Assembly (NCBI GenBank): GCA_963666285.1
Contig: OY762711.1
Length of the DNA stretch: 64,000 nucleotides
Strand: one strand, 5' to 3'
DNA from: Sedimentisphaerales bacterium
GTDB taxonomy: Bacteria; Planctomycetota; Phycisphaerae; Sedimentisphaerales; SM23-30
Within the stretch, counting starts at the first letter, position 1. Each line of letters starts with the position of its first letter. The translations under genes and the position numbers were made by a program. A model generated the notes under the pieces. It saw only the letters and a list, made by a program, of their open reading frames with translations. It was not told where the DNA came from and ran no database searches. Positions 61,285-64,000 of the stretch are shown piece after piece.

Positions 61285-62289
61285 CTAACAGGAACCAATC
61301 AAATTCAACTTTCTCATCTGACGGTTCATCTGGTTTAAATCGAGAGGTTTTACAAAATAATGGTTTGCACCACATTTATAGCACGATTCCATAATAATCT
61401 TCGGGTCTTCAACACATGAAATCATAATAATGACACTCTCATTAGAAGTACCTTCGGCAAACTCTTTTCTCTCAATTTCCCTGATCTTTCTAGCGGCATC
61501 GGTACCGTCCATAACCGGCATTTGAACATCCATACAAATCAAGTCATAGGTAGCCAGCGGCTTAGCATCAAAAGATTTTTTAACCGCCATAACAGCTTCA
61601 TTTCCATCTTTAGCAATGTGACATTCGCCATATTTTGACAAAGCCGACACCAGCAGCTGGCGAGAAGTAAAGTCATCTTCAACAACAAGTATCCTGAGCG
61701 GCCTGTAAGTGTTTTTAGGCATCTGGCAGGAGTTATCTCTGTTCGGTTCAACAGCTGCGATATTGCCATCGATTTCGAGAACTATACCACCCCCACCAAC
61801 CGAAACGCATTCAGCTATATCATCCCTGACTTTTCTGTTTTCCAGGTTGTTATGATTATTAGCATCATCAAATTCATTATCTTCATCATTCGGGATATCG
61901 TCACCAATGCCAGAAAGAATAACATCTAACCGAAGTAACAGTTTCTCAGAGAGAGATTCCTTATCGTCCCGGTCGGGATCAATAATTATATTTCTTAACT
62001 TGCCGACCAGGTGGTTAAGAGTATCAATAAACGCATTATCAACAGCAATTTCTTCTGCCCTGACAGCAGAGATAATATCTTCGAATTTAACAGCAATGTC
62101 AGCAACCAACTTCAAGTCAGCCAGATTGGCGTTCCCCTTAACATTATGGAATCCCCGTAACAGAGAATTAATGAGCTCTCTTTGAGAAGCAGAACTCAAC
62201 CCTGAGATACTCGCCAGGATAATATCCAGAACATGCAGTATTTCCTGAATGTATTCGTTTTTGTGTACATCATTAGATTCATTAACCAT
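61285..62289 (-). CDS. Hpt (CheA P1-like) + receiver domain protein
   Basis: LRGFHNVKGNA; ILVVEDD..CMDVQMPVMDG..KP. Confidence 0.8.
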   Translation of the reverse strand: MVNESNDVHKNEYIQEILHVLDIILASISGLSSASQRELINSLLRGFHNVKGNANLADLKLVADIAVKFEDIISAVRAEEIAVDNAFIDTLNHLVGKLRNIIIDPDRDDKESLSEKLLLRLDVILSGIGDDIPNDEDNEFDDANNHNNLENRKVRDDIAECVSVGGGGIVLEIDGNIAAVEPNRDNSCQMPKNTYRPLRILVVEDDFTSRQLLVSALSKYGECHIAKDGNEAVMAVKKSFDAKPLATYDLICMDVQMPVMDGTDAARKIREIERKEFAEGTSNESVIIMISCVEDPKIIMESCYKCGANHYFVKPLDLNQMNRQMRKLNLIGSC

Positions 62290-62293
62290 ACTT

Positions 62294-63199
62294 CTACTCC
62301 ACCATTATCTTTGACTTTTGCATAAAATCTGTCAAAACAGCAATAAGTTTTTCAAATTCAATCTCCAGATCGGATATATTATTTTTCATATCGTCCAGTT
62401 TGCCTTCTTTACCGGCGACTTCCAACAAGGAGCTTATCGACCTTAATACTTCGCCCCCTATATTGGCAGCAGCACCTTTAATGGAATGAGCCTGACGGCC
62501 GGCAGCTATGCAATCACCAAGAGATATTAACCCCCTGAGTTTTTCAACCTGCGAAGGCATGTCGCGTAAAAAGCCATTAAGGACAATAGCCATAATCTTC
62601 TGGTCGTGCATAATCCGGTCCATAAACGCATCACAATCAAAAACAGGCAAATTATCAGATTCGCCAGAGAAAATATCATTATCTTTTGAACTCATAAGAC
62701 TTGTATTACCAACATTTTTATCATAATTATTCAATTTAAAATTACTAAGATACTTATTCAATATTCCATAAAGTGTTTCAGGAACGAAAGGTTTGGAAAC
62801 ATAATCATTCATCCCAACCTCAAAACACCTTTTTTTGTCACTGCTAAAAGCATTCGCAGTAAGAGCAACAATTACAACCGAAGGATTTAATACGCCGGAT
62901 TCCGGTTGGCGAATAATGGAGGTAGCTTCAAGCCCATCCATTTCCGGCATCTGAAGATCCATTAAAACCATATCATAATTTTTAAGCTTTAACGCTTCAA
63001 CAGCTTTAATGCCGTTATCAACAACATCAGTCTGAATACCAAATTTTCCCAGAACAACAACCCCCAACTGCTGGTTAGCAAGATTATCTTCAACAAGAAG
63101 CACCTTTGCTCCCTTCCAACGGTAATTCCCAGCGTTGCGATTGGAATCATCATTTATCCGGCTATTATCAGGTATTTCTTCCATCACGGTCAAGTCCAC
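62294..63199 (-). CDS. Receiver + Hpt domain protein
   Basis: VLLVEDN..LMDLQMPEMDG..LTA..SKP; AHSIKGAAANIG. Confidence 0.85.
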   Translation of the reverse strand: MDLTVMEEIPDNSRINDDSNRNAGNYRWKGAKVLLVEDNLANQQLGVVVLGKFGIQTDVVDNGIKAVEALKLKNYDMVLMDLQMPEMDGLEATSIIRQPESGVLNPSVVIVALTANAFSSDKKRCFEVGMNDYVSKPFVPETLYGILNKYLSNFKLNNYDKNVGNTSLMSSKDNDIFSGESDNLPVFDCDAFMDRIMHDQKIMAIVLNGFLRDMPSQVEKLRGLISLGDCIAAGRQAHSIKGAAANIGGEVLRSISSLLEVAGKEGKLDDMKNNISDLEIEFEKLIAVLTDFMQKSKIMVE

Positions 63200-63381
63200 A
63201 AAATATACAATTATACATATATACTGTTTTTCGACCGATATCCCAGTTGACTTAAGCTAAGAATCAAGTGAGTTTTGAAAATAATACCACAATCTCACTC
63301 ATTATAGGACGTGGATTGCGAGCAAAACATATGCGGCAAAAAAACATACTTGTATTAAAATCTATGCCGGCGAGTTATTCG

Positions 63382-64000
63382 TTATTTATCAGCTTTCTGA
63401 GAAGAGACAGATTGAAAAAGCTGAGGGGCAAACTCATTAAGATAATCTCTCCAGTTAGCCCAGGTATGGGCACCTTCAGTTTTTTTATATACAATATTAA
63501 AGCCAAAATCACCCAGTAGTTTTACGGTTTTATCGGAAGTGTCGATAAGGAAATCTTCTTTGCCAACAGCAACCCAGAAAAGTTGCAGACCTTTTTTTAA
63601 TTCCTGGTCGGAAAGCACATCCTGATATTGTTCCTGCCAAGGCTTTTGAGAACCCGCATTCCCGGCGTTTGCTCCCATAAGATCAAAAATACCGGAACTA
63701 AAGACACCAACATATCCAAACTTATCCATATTTCTAGCAAAGATATTCAGGGTATGCCATCCCCCCATAGACAAACCTGCAACGGCATGGCTACTACGCC
63801 CGTCAAGCACCCGGTAATTGGATTCAATATATGGCATAATATCCTTCTCAAAATCTTCGATAAAAGGCTCAGTTCCGGGTAATGCCTGCCCCATATTAAA
63901 CGGACCGGTATGGCCTTTAGGCATAACAATAATCATCGGCACAGCTTCACCAGAGGCAATCAGATTATCAAGGATAATTCCTGCCCGGCCAACTGTAGAC
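63382..64000 (-). CDS. CE1-like esterase, C-terminal part (starts beyond window)
   Basis: Frame open to the edge ([22 protein letters not shown]), [18 protein letters not shown]. Confidence 0.85.
   Translation of the reverse strand, partial: STVGRAGIILDNLIASGEAVPMIIVMPKGHTGPFNMGQALPGTEPFIEDFEKDIMPYIESNYRVLDGRSSHAVAGLSMGGWHTLNIFARNMDKFGYVGVFSSGIFDLMGANAGNAGSQKPWQEQYQDVLSDQELKKGLQLFWVAVGKEDFLIDTSDKTVKLLGDFGFNIVYKKTEGAHTWANWRDYLNEFAPQLFQSVSSQKADK

Overview
Bacterial genomic window, most likely a Planctomycetota (Phycisphaerae/Sedimentisphaerales-like) anaerobe. This is inferred from ECF sigma-FecR pairs, a PEP-CTERM protein and LamG/dockerin-like secreted CAZymes. About 1-40.5 kb is an AT-rich polysaccharide-degradation region (alginate-lyase-family, pectin-lyase fold, GH128, GH43/GH127-146, two GH51, PL11) with two ECF/anti-sigma pairs. 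It is interleaved with a transglutaminase-like protein, frameshifted marC, a DIP1984-family gene followed by a ~206-nt structured putative ncRNA, lemA/htpX and MITEs. 42.4-50.7 kb is a complete type V-A CRISPR-Cas locus (cas12a-cas4-cas1-cas2, 14 identical 36-nt repeats). Its 10th spacer is split by an IS1111-type IS110 element, whose non-coding end carries a hairpin matching that spacer (bridge/seek RNA). 50.9-64 kb is mostly housekeeping: lysA, NCS2 permease, G1PDH-like, modABC, RAYT-like, dapF, pyrF, Hpt/REC pair, esterase. All calls come from reading the sequence and motifs by eye; no searches were run.
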